Source: Vulcanimicrobiota bacterium
GTDB lineage: Bacteria; Vulcanimicrobiota; Xenobia; Xenobiales; QWHO01
DNA length: 64,000 nt
NCBI GenBank assembly: GCA_039809865.1
Contig: JBDHVW010000040.1
Span: forward strand, 2,731-66,730
Direction: 5' to 3'
Of this stretch, positions 26,901 to 35,594 are shown piece after piece (the stretch's first letter is position 1; each line of letters begins with the position of its first letter). The translations under genes and the position numbers were made by a program. The notes beneath the pieces are model-generated. The model did no database searches and was not told the DNA's origin. It saw only the letters and a list, made by a program, of their open reading frames with translations.

Positions 26901-27910
26901 GCAAACGACGCGGCATCCTCGGGCAGCGAACGCGGCACCCAGTACTTCCAGCGCTCCTCCTCGTCCGACTCGAGGGGCATCAGCGCTTCGAGCGAGACCT
27001 CCTCGCGCTCGCGCTTCCGCCGCCAATCGGCGCGTCGGGCCTCCAGGCGTTCCAGAGTGCCGTCTCGCACCACCTCCGCCGTCCAACCGTTGCGAGCGCA
27101 GACAGCGAACCAGAGCTGGCCCAGGCTGTTCTGCAGCAGCCACTCCACCATGTAGCGGTCCGTGAAGAGCTGCGTCTTGGCAGCGATCTCGTGGCTCTCG
27201 ATCTTGCCGCCGGTGCGGATCTTCTCGTCCAGAGCCTCGCGCTCGGGGTCGTTCCAGAACTGGTAGACCCAGCCCAGCAGCGTGTCGTCCCCCCACAGGC
27301 TGGCGCGGTCCTCGGGGGGGAGGTCGGTGCCCTCCAGGCTCTCCACCACCGCGCGCAGCGTGGCCGGCGGGACGGGGATGAGCGCGTTCAGGCCCACCTC
27401 CCCGAAGAGTCCCGGCAAATCCAGGGCCAGCTCCTCGAAGACGAAGTGAAGCATCAGGCCGTAGCCGTCATCCTCCTCGGCCGCCAGGGCCGGGCCGAAC
27501 TCGCGCAACTCGCGGTAGCCGGGGCTGGCCCAGCCGCCCGTGAGGGAAGGCACTCGCACCAGCCCCAAAGCCTCCATCTGGCGGAGCACGACGAGGCGGT
27601 TGAGCAGAGTGGCACCGGCCAGCTTCACCGCCGACGCCAGGTGACGGACACGAGCCTGCTCCAGGGTCTCTTTGCCCCCCCGGGAGCCCGAACGGGACTG
27701 CTCGTCCAGCCAGCGCTCCAACCTCGCCCGGCCGGCGGTCCGCTCGGCGGAGAGCTCGGCGCGCTGGGCAGGCAGACCGAGCCGATAGACGGACTCGAGC
27801 TCGCGCATCAGGTCGGTCAGGAGCTGCTCGCGCAAGCGGCGCACGGTGGACGCGAGCCAGGCCTTCGCTTCGGAGGTCATGGTGGTGGAGCGGGCCGCCA
27901 TGGTCTTCAA
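23903..27910 (-). CDS. pglX: BREX type-6 adenine DNA methyltransferase PglX
   Basis: GWVYQFWN, TQLFTDRYMVEWLLQNSLG, LDPACGSGHFL, GNPPY, MDLDDGVMINAAAL and KDYDWAHLA. Start is TTG 27910 (AGGAGG SD) or ATG 27901/27880. Confidence 0.9.
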   Translation of the reverse strand: MKTMAARSTTMTSEAKAWLASTVRRLREQLLTDLMRELESVYRLGLPAQRAELSAERTAGRARLERWLDEQSRSGSRGGKETLEQARVRHLASAVKLAGATLLNRLVVLRQMEALGLVRVPSLTGGWASPGYRELREFGPALAAEEDDGYGLMLHFVFEELALDLPGLFGEVGLNALIPVPPATLRAVVESLEGTDLPPEDRASLWGDDTLLGWVYQFWNDPEREALDEKIRTGGKIESHEIAAKTQLFTDRYMVEWLLQNSLGQLWFAVCARNGWTAEVVRDGTLERLEARRADWRRKREREEVSLEALMPLESDEEERWKYWVPRSLPEDAASFAPASLRDLRLLDPACGSGHFLVIAFSLLTALYEEEARHRGESWTSAQIASWIVERNLHGIDIDPRAVQIAAAALWLKMRQYSPEAAPGQVNLVASNLGLGALPKDDPALVELLEAVERETGVPALLTRKVVEALKGADSLGSLLKVSDAVEKALSEHERTVGFARSLPTQGVLFGTAPPRQLELTLEEARTSLVEQLERFVAQHTHGDDLGLRLRGEQLAAGVRFVRMVREGQYDLVVGNPPYQGTAKAVNFGYLGVQYPEGKSDLYSAFLMRGLDLCLPGGLSALLTLRGWMFLGQFIRLRASLFQRGGLQLLCDLDRGAFETVLDSEVVAVVVSAFRKASASAKSVAVLPTLFHDTSRDARRSRRKAATLLSGENRFEFEPNQLSLVPGHPLIYWWDETFLFRYADAPKLGDESAACVGMVTADNTRFLRTIWEIDPQHLHLQLAISTLVRKPTAFWVPYIKGAAGKVWLEPADTVMRWALACAEIFLYERSYPKNERFWFKPGIAFSMIGANFSARAHRYLSVFDDKGSSVFPANIPQTLCLMNSTTAREVMESLNPSVSFQVGDVNRLPLFPIESADEIYARLDQAFTQHEQARETSVEFRRPGPSPWRTAQDWAQRAVDREPGAPLPPYDATEDPEPPADHLSYALGVALGRFGAQGEGILDDAPSNALPHGILFLTDAGGPDGLEHPATQPLRDAWEVHQKAIAPRTPDLRDYLRTKFFPEDHLKRYEKRPIYFPLSSEKRTFVAWCSIHRWHDSTLQVLLADHLQPELNRLKAELADLSEARTTGDRASQARAQARSNEVQGHYEEMLAFVKKVQDIAERGAPPAPKGPPREADARFRMDLDDGVMINAAALWPVLEPQWKKDPAAWWTELCTAKGRKDYDWAHLARRYFPTRVEDKCRQDPSLAVAHGCFWRYHPDKAYQWELRLQSPDELGPDFRLDEEGSDDARAAFESDHPGKVRELREAEAKRRARKAEKADEEELELDLEADEDEE

Positions 27911-28007
27911 TTGCACACCTCCTGCGGTTCTAAGGATTGGCTTTGCGCCGGCCGAGACCGGATCCTCCATCGTAGGGAATTCACGTCCTCGACCGGAAAT
28001 GCGGGGG

Positions 28008-28346
28008 ATGCGAGTGTATCTGGTCGCAATGGAAGGCTCGCTCCTGTGGAACGGCGAGCACACCCCCTGGACCCGCGTGGAAGCGGACTCCCCGGAGGAG
28101 GCGGCCTCCCGGCACGTGGCCAATCTACACGACCACTTCCGCCAGCCCCGCTTCATCGAGGGGGTCAACGTCCTCGAGCCCGAGGTCTACTGCCCGGCGG
28201 ACGACTGCTGGCCCTGCGCCACCACCTCGACCGGGCCCTACGTCGTCAAACTGCCCGGGCAGGCCGACTCAGAGGCGGTCGCAGTGCTGGTCGACATCTG
28301 GCATTTCGTCGCGGGGCGGCAGATCCCGCGACATGGGCCCGACTGA
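28008..28346 (+). CDS. Hypothetical protein
   Basis: Open frame with typical codon bias, divergent from pglX. No family recognised. Confidence 0.55.
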   Translation: MRVYLVAMEGSLLWNGEHTPWTRVEADSPEEAASRHVANLHDHFRQPRFIEGVNVLEPEVYCPADDCWPCATTSTGPYVVKLPGQADSEAVAVLVDIWHFVAGRQIPRHGPD

Positions 28347-28349
28347 GCT

Positions 28350-29339
28350 TCACGGATTGGGGACCAGGCGCATGCGTCCCCCGCAAAGGTGGCAAACCGT
28401 GCGGAAGTAGCCTCGCTGCGAAGCAGCCATCCCCGCGATGTAGCTGAGGTATCCAAAGTCGTGGCAGCGTGAGCACTCCAGGCGGCGGCGGTGCTCTCCA
28501 TCGTAAAAGGCCAGTGGGTGGAGGCCTGGCTCGATTTCGAGCGACCAGCCGTCACGCTCGGCCCAGCGCTGAAGTTGAATCGAAGTTGCCAGACGGCGCT
28601 CTTCGGGGCAACGGCTCAAGCGGACCCGCGCGTGGGTGTCGTCCACAGCATAGATATCGCCCAGCACTTCAGCTTCGGGACGGTACGACCGGAGTCGCGT
28701 CAAGTCCGTACCGGCAAAATACCAGGGAGTGACAAGTCCCTTGCAGTTGTCGATCCGGACACGAAAGGCCGGCAAAGGGTCCGCGGGTGCGAAGACCAGG
28801 CCATCGAGCAGCCAGGGCCGCCCTTCTCGAACCGGGATGCTGTCCAAGAGCTGCTTCAGTGGCAGGCCCCTTTGACGAAGAACCTCCCAATCCAGAAGAG
28901 GCACGTCAAGCGCCGCAGCCGCGCGCTCCAAGTCTCCTGCTTGCGGTTCGTGGATGCTCGCAGGGGGATAACCAAGCGCCAGAATCCGTCCGTGAGAAGC
29001 CTCGACTCGATTCCCATGGAGCACCAGATCGCCCCAAAATGCGCACAGCGCGGAAGCCATCTCCATTCCGTAGTAGCCATCTTCGCCCAGGATGAGCGGA
29101 GTGCTCCATCCGGAAACGCCACAGCAGCACTGGGGTTGAGCCGGGGGATGGTCGACCCCCTTGAGCCCACCCAGAAGGCAGCCGCTGTCTTCGTGAGGCC
29201 GGCGCTCGGCCAGATCCACCGTGTTCAGGCAGGGAGCCTCGGGATGGAAAAAGGAGAGCCCCCGCTCACTGACGACCAGCTCGTGAAAACCGAGCACGGC
29301 CTCGTGTTCCTCTCGTTGCAGGACAGCGTAGGACTTCAT
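28350..29339 (-). CDS. Hypothetical Cys/His-rich protein with C-terminal zinc ribbon
   Basis: HPPAQPQCCCG...FWGDLVLH and CSRC...CHLCGG. The ATG overlaps the upstream stop (ATGA). Confidence 0.6.
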   Translation of the reverse strand: MKSYAVLQREEHEAVLGFHELVVSERGLSFFHPEAPCLNTVDLAERRPHEDSGCLLGGLKGVDHPPAQPQCCCGVSGWSTPLILGEDGYYGMEMASALCAFWGDLVLHGNRVEASHGRILALGYPPASIHEPQAGDLERAAAALDVPLLDWEVLRQRGLPLKQLLDSIPVREGRPWLLDGLVFAPADPLPAFRVRIDNCKGLVTPWYFAGTDLTRLRSYRPEAEVLGDIYAVDDTHARVRLSRCPEERRLATSIQLQRWAERDGWSLEIEPGLHPLAFYDGEHRRRLECSRCHDFGYLSYIAGMAASQRGYFRTVCHLCGGRMRLVPNP

Positions 29340-29596
29340 TGCTTGCCTCCTCTTGAGCGCGCCGCACGACAAACATTGCAAAGCGCCGGGGACCACCCGA
29401 CGATCGACGAGCAGTAGACTGTCGTCCGAGTCTCCGCGCAGTAGGTGAGCATCCCGGGGCGAGGGGCCCTCCTCCGTCGGCAGACTCCGCACAGTCGGCC
29501 CTCGCAGAGGCAGCTGATGGTCCGTCCCAGCAACTCGCCCCGCGGCTCGCCGCAGGTCGGACAGAAGGTGAGGCAGTTCGGCAAGGCGTGCTCCAT
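29336..29596 (-). CDS. Small Cys-rich (multi-CxxC) protein
   Basis: CPTC, CLC, CGVC and CNVC within 86 aa. Translationally coupled to the next gene. Confidence 0.55.
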   Translation of the reverse strand: MEHALPNCLTFCPTCGEPRGELLGRTISCLCEGRLCGVCRRRRAPRPGMLTYCAETRTTVYCSSIVGWSPALCNVCRAARSRGGKQ

Positions 29597-29617
29597 GGGA
29601 CTATCCTCTCACGGACA

Positions 29618-29636
29618 ACTGACAACCAGTGTCAGT
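29618..29636. promoter_or_regulatory. Perfect palindrome ACTGACA-N5-TGTCAGT between divergent genes (candidate operator)
   Basis: actgaca accag tgtcagt, seen directly. Confidence 0.55.
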
Positions 29637-29676
29637 CGCTGAAGGGGACTTCCAGGTTTCCAGGAACGAGCCCGGC

Positions 29677-30162
29677 ATGGCCAACTTCCTCATTATCGCC
29701 TCCGACATTCCGCCGCTCGAGGGCGAAGCGGTGAAAGCCCCGGACGTGTACAACCTGATGATGGACCACGCCTGCTGGGAGTTCCCCCCGGCCGCCCCCC
29801 ACCTCAGCCAGCTGAAAAAGGGCGATACCCTGGTCTTCTACCTGGGCGGCAACCACGCGCGCTATTTCGCCGGCGAGGCCGTGATCGCGGGCGAGTTCGA
29901 GGAAATCGGCAAAAAGAGCACGACCACATTCGATCGGGTTAAGATCCCGTTCTTCCATTTCCGCCTGCCGCTCACCAGGATCGAACGCTACGCCCCCGGG
30001 GCCACCAGCCTGGACGACATGATGGACCTGAGCTTCGCGAAGGAGAAAGAGATCACGCGGCCCTACATCGGGCTCTTGCTCCGCGTGGGAATGCGCAAGC
30101 TCACTGACGAGGATGTCGCCTTGTTGCGTAAGAGGGCGAAGCGCGCCCCGGCCCGCAACTAA
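29677..30162 (+). CDS. EVE/PUA-like domain protein
   Basis: W...LSQLKKGDTLVFY...FAGEAVI...LSF...GMRKLTDEDVALL matches the EVE pattern. Confidence 0.7.
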   Translation: MANFLIIASDIPPLEGEAVKAPDVYNLMMDHACWEFPPAAPHLSQLKKGDTLVFYLGGNHARYFAGEAVIAGEFEEIGKKSTTTFDRVKIPFFHFRLPLTRIERYAPGATSLDDMMDLSFAKEKEITRPYIGLLLRVGMRKLTDEDVALLRKRAKRAPARN

Positions 30163-31771
30163 CGCGCCGCCCCTTCTCCCAGCGCTCGCACGCCCGGGTC
30201 CACACCAGGTCGAAGGGCGCCCGCCCGCTCACCTGCAGCAGCCCCAGGTGAATCAGCCGGTGGCAGGCGCTGCACACCAGCACCAGGTTCCAACCCTCGT
30301 CCGGACCCCCGCGCGAGCGGAAGAGCACGTGGTGCACGTGCAGCTTGCCCCGGCCGGTGCAGCCCGGGGCCTGGCAGCAGTGGCCGTCACGCCGACGGAT
30401 CCGGCCCTTGCGACCTCCCCCCCGGAACGACCCATACTGCTGAATGAACAGCTCGAACATGCGCTTCAGGCAGGCCCCCGGCGCCGCAAACAGGCTGTCG
30501 CCGGCCAGGTCGATCCCCTCGTAGAGCAGCGGCACGAAATCTCTCGGCACCATCCAGCCGACCCGCGTCCGAACTTCTTCCGACACCTGGACAGGCCCCA
30601 TCTGATACTCGATCCCGAAACGCCCCACCGCCAACGCCTGGACCGCCCCGCGAGCGGCCAGCACCAGAGAGCCGTCCACGGGACGCTGGACCAGAGTCGG
30701 CAGCAAACCGGCCGCGCCCGGATCGGGAGGCCGCTCGCCCGGATTGGGGGCGCGCCACATCCACGAACAGAACTCCTCGAACCGGAACGTGGCCTGCCAC
30801 CTCACATGGCGCACCCAGCGCTCCAACTCGGGCAGGCTCACCGCCGCGGCGAACTCTGTCCAGGTGTTGGAAACCCCGGCATCCAACAGCGGCAAAACCA
30901 GCAGCGCCCGCTCGGGCGACAGACCCTGCAGGCCGGGATGCCGCGCGCAGCCGTGCGCCAGGGCCATCCGCTTGTAAGCCGTACTGCGACTGATCCCAAG
31001 CTCCTCACGAGCGATGCGCCCCACAGTGGAGCGCTTGCCACCCCGAGCGACGAGATGCACCAACACCTCACCCTGGCGAAGCGCCACTCTCTTGCGCTCC
31101 TCCAGCAAAGCCAGCGCTAGCTCCTGTAACTCGACCGGCTCGCTCGGAAGCACGGGCGCGACCAGGTCGACCGGGAACGCGCAGCCTTCAACAACCGACG
31201 CGGCCGGCCGGGGCGGCAGCAAGACCTCGTCGTAAGCCATCCTCTCCTCGCCCGACAGAAACTCGGCCACGGCATACTCCAGCACCTCGGCCCGCGGAAC
31301 CCGGGCCTCGAGATGACCGCGAGCCGCCTCGCGCACACGCCGCCACGCCAGCACTTCGTTGCCGGTCAGCTCGAACGAGACGTAGACGAGGTCGGGCTCG
31401 CTCTCCAGCTCCACCTCCAGACTGCGCCGCAGCGCACGCACACCCAGACGCTCGGCCTGAGCGATACGCGCAGAAACCTCAGCAGGGGAAGCCCGACGCA
31501 GGCAAGGCAACAACAACTCGACCTTGGCCGGACAAAGACGCCCGGCCGTAAAACTGGCCCGGAGCTCAGGGTGCCGATCCAGGCCCGCGGCCAGCTCCAC
31601 GAAGCGCCGAGCCGTGCTGATGCTCAGGTCCAGGACCTCTTCGACATAAGCATCCCAACGGCCATAGCCGAGTTGCTGAAAAGCCTGGCGAGAAAGGGCG
31701 GCCAGAACGTGACCGAGCCGATAGACAAGCGCCCAGTCGAGGCGAGCCAAACACTGCAGGTCGAAATCCAT
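30101..31771 (-). CDS. HNH endonuclease with duplicated N-terminal (DUF222-like) region
   Basis: RRDGHCCQAPGC...HVHHVLFRSRGG...NLVLVCSACHRLIH. Internal repeat EEVLDLSISTARRFVELA...RHPEL versus REELGISRSTAYKRMALA...RHPGL. Confidence 0.8.
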   Translation of the reverse strand: MDFDLQCLARLDWALVYRLGHVLAALSRQAFQQLGYGRWDAYVEEVLDLSISTARRFVELAAGLDRHPELRASFTAGRLCPAKVELLLPCLRRASPAEVSARIAQAERLGVRALRRSLEVELESEPDLVYVSFELTGNEVLAWRRVREAARGHLEARVPRAEVLEYAVAEFLSGEERMAYDEVLLPPRPAASVVEGCAFPVDLVAPVLPSEPVELQELALALLEERKRVALRQGEVLVHLVARGGKRSTVGRIAREELGISRSTAYKRMALAHGCARHPGLQGLSPERALLVLPLLDAGVSNTWTEFAAAVSLPELERWVRHVRWQATFRFEEFCSWMWRAPNPGERPPDPGAAGLLPTLVQRPVDGSLVLAARGAVQALAVGRFGIEYQMGPVQVSEEVRTRVGWMVPRDFVPLLYEGIDLAGDSLFAAPGACLKRMFELFIQQYGSFRGGGRKGRIRRRDGHCCQAPGCTGRGKLHVHHVLFRSRGGPDEGWNLVLVCSACHRLIHLGLLQVSGRAPFDLVWTRACERWEKGRRVSCGPGRASPSYATRRHPRQ

Positions 31772-31866
31772 GACGACAGCTCCCTATCGGGAAAGTCAGC
31801 TGTCTCCGGAAACCGGCTCAAATCAACTCAACCAGCTACAGAGGAATTTTCAACGCCAATCGGGAG

Positions 31867-33501
31867 CTACCTGCCCATCAACTGGCGAATTTGCTCGGAG
31901 TTGGTATACACGAACAACCGGTGCCGCGCCCGCGAGCAGGCGACAAACAGGTCCTGTCGTTCGAACTTCCCCTCGCGAAAATCACCCACGTCCACGAGGA
32001 TCATCACCTCGGCCTCCAACCCTTTGAAAGCGCGAATGCTGGAGAACCAGACACCCTTTCCGGCCATCCAGGCCTCCACGTCCTCGAGCAAAGCATACCT
32101 CCCCAGCGGTTCGGTACGCAGACGAGAATTGGCCGGCTTATAAGGACTTAACAACGCAATCCGCGAGGCTGGCAGGGAGAGCTCGCGGAGCAAGGCCGTG
32201 CAAGATTGTCGCAGCTCCGAGTCGTCGGCAAAGCCGCGCAGCTCAGGCTCCACCCCGTCGGGACAATGACGAGGGCTCCTGATCGGGAAGCCGATCACCT
32301 GTCCGCAAGAGCGGGCGATCGCGCGCGTGTTGCGACAATTCTCTCTCAATGCAAAAGAAAAGCCCTCGGGGAACCTCATCCCTGTTCCGAACAGATTCTG
32401 CGCCCGGTCATAGAAGATATACAGCGGTCCACCCGGCTCTCGCAGCAGCGACTCGATTCCCAGCCACCACTCGTCGTGAAAATCCTGACCCTCGTCGACC
32501 ACGATGGCATCGTAGCGGTCGGTCGCGATGTCGGTGGCATCCAGCAACAGCTCGACGGTTCGGTGTCGCCAGAAATGCTCGCTGTCCTTCTCCGGGGGCG
32601 CCCATTCGAGTCCCGCTTTGTCGCAGAACTCCGCGCAGATTCCGTGGAAGTGGGCAATCTTCAATCCGTCCAGCACCGGCGCACGCTGCCGCAGCCAGTC
32701 GGCCAGCTTGCGGTTGTAGCACAAGAGCAGCGCGGATAGACCCTCGTTGGCGTAGGCTTTGGCACGCTCCAGCGCCAGCATCGTCTTGCCCGACCCGGCC
32801 GTGCCCTCGATCCGCACGCGCGCGTTGGCGTAAAGGCCCTCCAAGACCTCGCTCTGGTCCTGAGTGAGCTGCACCAGCAACTCCTCATCTTTGTCCATGT
32901 CCCGGCTGAGCGACGCCACCAGACGGAACGTCGACTGCAAGGCCTTCCGGAGCTCCTCGACATCGTGCGGCAGCATGTCCACCGGCCGCTGGTCGCGCGC
33001 CCACGAGCGCAAGGTGTCCTGTACCCGCTTGCCCAACTCGGGCAGGTCGCGAGCGCCGTAAAGGACCGATCCATGGGCGCCCGGAGGGAGCGTGCCCTGG
33101 TAATCGCGGTCCGGGAAGACGACCCCATAGCCAAACGTGCAAGGGAACTCGCCGCCCTTGATGAACCGGGCCCGCTCGGCGATTTGCTTGCGAAGCGCGT
33201 GCGTGCCGGTCAGGGCCTGCGCGAAGGGGTCCTTCATCGGCTCGCCGTTCTGCCACCAATCCCGGGTGGCCGGGTCGTAGGAGACATCGCCACCCTTCAC
33301 CTCCAGGACCAGCATGCCGTAACGAGGATGCACCAGGATGAGGTCGATCTCGCTGGCTTCCAGAAAACGCTCGCGGCGCAGCCAGTTGTAGGAGTAGTAG
33401 CAGCTCCAGGTGTCGTCCAGCGTCGCCAACAAAGCTTTGAGGACGTCCCGCTCGGAGCGCGTCTCGACGGCGGTGGGGTCGATGCGGGGGTAGAGCCTCA
33501 C
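31867..33501 (-). CDS. NERD nuclease fused to an SF1 (UvrD-like) helicase
   Basis: SE...EIDLIL...VLEVKGG...PFAQA; GTAGSGKT; IVVDEGQDF; ENCRNT; FKGLE...VACSRARH. Confidence 0.88.
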   Translation of the reverse strand: MRLYPRIDPTAVETRSERDVLKALLATLDDTWSCYYSYNWLRRERFLEASEIDLILVHPRYGMLVLEVKGGDVSYDPATRDWWQNGEPMKDPFAQALTGTHALRKQIAERARFIKGGEFPCTFGYGVVFPDRDYQGTLPPGAHGSVLYGARDLPELGKRVQDTLRSWARDQRPVDMLPHDVEELRKALQSTFRLVASLSRDMDKDEELLVQLTQDQSEVLEGLYANARVRIEGTAGSGKTMLALERAKAYANEGLSALLLCYNRKLADWLRQRAPVLDGLKIAHFHGICAEFCDKAGLEWAPPEKDSEHFWRHRTVELLLDATDIATDRYDAIVVDEGQDFHDEWWLGIESLLREPGGPLYIFYDRAQNLFGTGMRFPEGFSFALRENCRNTRAIARSCGQVIGFPIRSPRHCPDGVEPELRGFADDSELRQSCTALLRELSLPASRIALLSPYKPANSRLRTEPLGRYALLEDVEAWMAGKGVWFSSIRAFKGLEAEVMILVDVGDFREGKFERQDLFVACSRARHRLFVYTNSEQIRQLMGR

Positions 33502-35591
33502 GGCAGCGCCCCCGCCAGATACCGCAACGTGCCAGGGATGTCCACCAGATAATCCCGCACCACCTCCAGCGAACGCTGCCGGGGCAAAGCCTCCTGGAAC
33601 TTGCTCAGCCGGTAGTCGGGCATGGCGCGCAACAGGTCATCCCCCATCGCTTCCCAGGTCTCGAAAGAGGCCAGCTCGCGCAGTGCGGTCTCCACGGCGA
33701 CGCTCCCCTCGCGCCGCACCCGCAGGCGGAAGTTGTCCGCCGCCACGGTCCATCCGAAGCGCAATCCGAGGCCATACTTGAGGGTCTGGTTGACCGCCCC
33801 GCCAGCGTAGGTCCAGACCAGCTCGTCCTCGGGGCCCACCTCGACCGTCAGCCGGCCGTGCCCGGCGCGCTCGGCTCGCAACGAGTCAACTCGTGAGCGG
33901 GCCGTCTCGTCCAGGTAGGGCAGCGAAGGCGGGGACCCTAGCAGAGCGGCCATCTTGCGGCACACGTCGTAGCCCAGGAACTGGGGGATATAGCCCGCCC
34001 AGGTCGGCTTCTTGCCGGCCGGGGCAGGCACCACTTCGAGGACCCGCTCTTTGTGCAAAACCTGCCGCACGAGCCAGGCCCGGCCGCCCAGCAGAAACGA
34101 GCTCATCTCGGGCACCAGCTTGTCCACGAACGACTGCTCCAGCGAGCCGACGTCCCGCCCTCCCTCGGTCAGCACGCGATAGAGCTGGGGGGTGGAGAAG
34201 ACGGCGTACATCTCCATGAAGTTCTTGCGGCCAAAAACCCGCTCGGCCTTCTCCCCCATCGAAAGGAGGCCCCCGGACCGGAAGAGGTAGTCCTCCCGGA
34301 CCATGTGCTCGACCAGCTCGTCGAACTCGGCGCGGGTGATCCCGGAGAAATCGGGCACGTGACCGAGCTCGTCCCAGCAGCCTTCCGGACTGACGCCGCC
34401 ATACTGCAGGGTCAAAGCCAGCAGCTGGTGGACCAGCACCGGCCAGCAGCGAGTCTGGACCTTGACCGACTCGACCCATCCCTCGCGGGCCAGCTCGACG
34501 AGCGCGGCCGCCTGCAGCACGACCTCGGCGTCCTGGCACAGGAACAGGGTATTGGCCTTCTGGCCGGCGCGCCGCCCCGTGCGCCCCATCCGCTGCAGGA
34601 AGGAAGACACGGTGGACGGTGACTCGGCCTGCAAAACCCGGTCGAGATCGCCCACGTCGATGCCCAGCTCGAGCGTCGAGGTGCAGGCGATCATGGCGTT
34701 GGTGCCGTGATGAAAGCGGTGCTCGGCGGCCTGGCGCTCCTCGAGCGAGACAGAGCTGTGATGCACGAAAACATCGATCCCGCGGCCCCGCAGCCGCTGG
34801 GCCACCGCTTCGGTGAGGGCCCGGCTCTGGCAGAAGAACAGGCTCTTCTGGCCCTGGGCCACCCCGGCGGCGTTCCTGGCCACGGCCTCCTCGCTCTCGC
34901 AGTAGCGGATCCGGATCTCGCGCGCGCTGGGGGGTTTGGGCGGGTCGACCACGCGCCCCTCGCGCCGGGAAGAGCCGCGCAGCCAGACCAGGATGTCTTG
35001 CGGGTTCCCCACCGTGGCCGAGAGCCCGATGCGCTGGACGTCGTGCTTGGAACAACGAGCGATCCGCTCGAGCACGCACATGAGGTGGGCACCGCGATCC
35101 GTGCCGGCCAGGGCGTGGACCTCATCGATGACCACGGCGCGCAGATCGGCGAAGAGTTTGGGATGCGGCACCTTGGGAGAGAGCAACATCACCTCGAGTG
35201 ACTCGGGCGTGGTCATCAGGAGCTCCGCAGGCTCCTTCAGGAAGTGCCGCCGGTCGGTGGCGCTGGTGTCGCCGTGCCAGAGAAAGCGACGCAACCCAAC
35301 CATCTCGGTGTAGGTCCCCAGGCGCTCGGCCTGGTTGTTCAGCAAAGCTTTGATGGGAGCGAGGTAGAGGGCGCCCACCCCCGTCGGCCGAGACTCCATG
35401 AGCTGGGCCACGACGGGGAACATGGAGGCCTCGGTCTTGCCGCCCGCCGTGGGGGCCAGGATGACCGCGTTGCAGCCGTCCAGGAGAGCTGCGCCCGACT
35501 CTTCCTGAACCGGGCGCAGACTGGTCCAGCCCAGCCGAGACACGATCGCTTCTTGCAGACGAGGCGGGAAGCGGGCGAAGGTGTTGGCCAC
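33498..35591 (-). CDS. brxHI: BREX Lhr-like SF2 helicase
   Basis: APTAGGKT, TTPESLE, DEVH, SAT, TSTLELGIDVG and QRMGRTGRR. Follows brxD. Confidence 0.85.
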   Translation of the reverse strand: MANTFARFPPRLQEAIVSRLGWTSLRPVQEESGAALLDGCNAVILAPTAGGKTEASMFPVVAQLMESRPTGVGALYLAPIKALLNNQAERLGTYTEMVGLRRFLWHGDTSATDRRHFLKEPAELLMTTPESLEVMLLSPKVPHPKLFADLRAVVIDEVHALAGTDRGAHLMCVLERIARCSKHDVQRIGLSATVGNPQDILVWLRGSSRREGRVVDPPKPPSAREIRIRYCESEEAVARNAAGVAQGQKSLFFCQSRALTEAVAQRLRGRGIDVFVHHSSVSLEERQAAEHRFHHGTNAMIACTSTLELGIDVGDLDRVLQAESPSTVSSFLQRMGRTGRRAGQKANTLFLCQDAEVVLQAAALVELAREGWVESVKVQTRCWPVLVHQLLALTLQYGGVSPEGCWDELGHVPDFSGITRAEFDELVEHMVREDYLFRSGGLLSMGEKAERVFGRKNFMEMYAVFSTPQLYRVLTEGGRDVGSLEQSFVDKLVPEMSSFLLGGRAWLVRQVLHKERVLEVVPAPAGKKPTWAGYIPQFLGYDVCRKMAALLGSPPSLPYLDETARSRVDSLRAERAGHGRLTVEVGPEDELVWTYAGGAVNQTLKYGLGLRFGWTVAADNFRLRVRREGSVAVETALRELASFETWEAMGDDLLRAMPDYRLSKFQEALPRQRSLEVVRDYLVDIPGTLRYLAGALP

Positions 35592-35594
35592 CGG

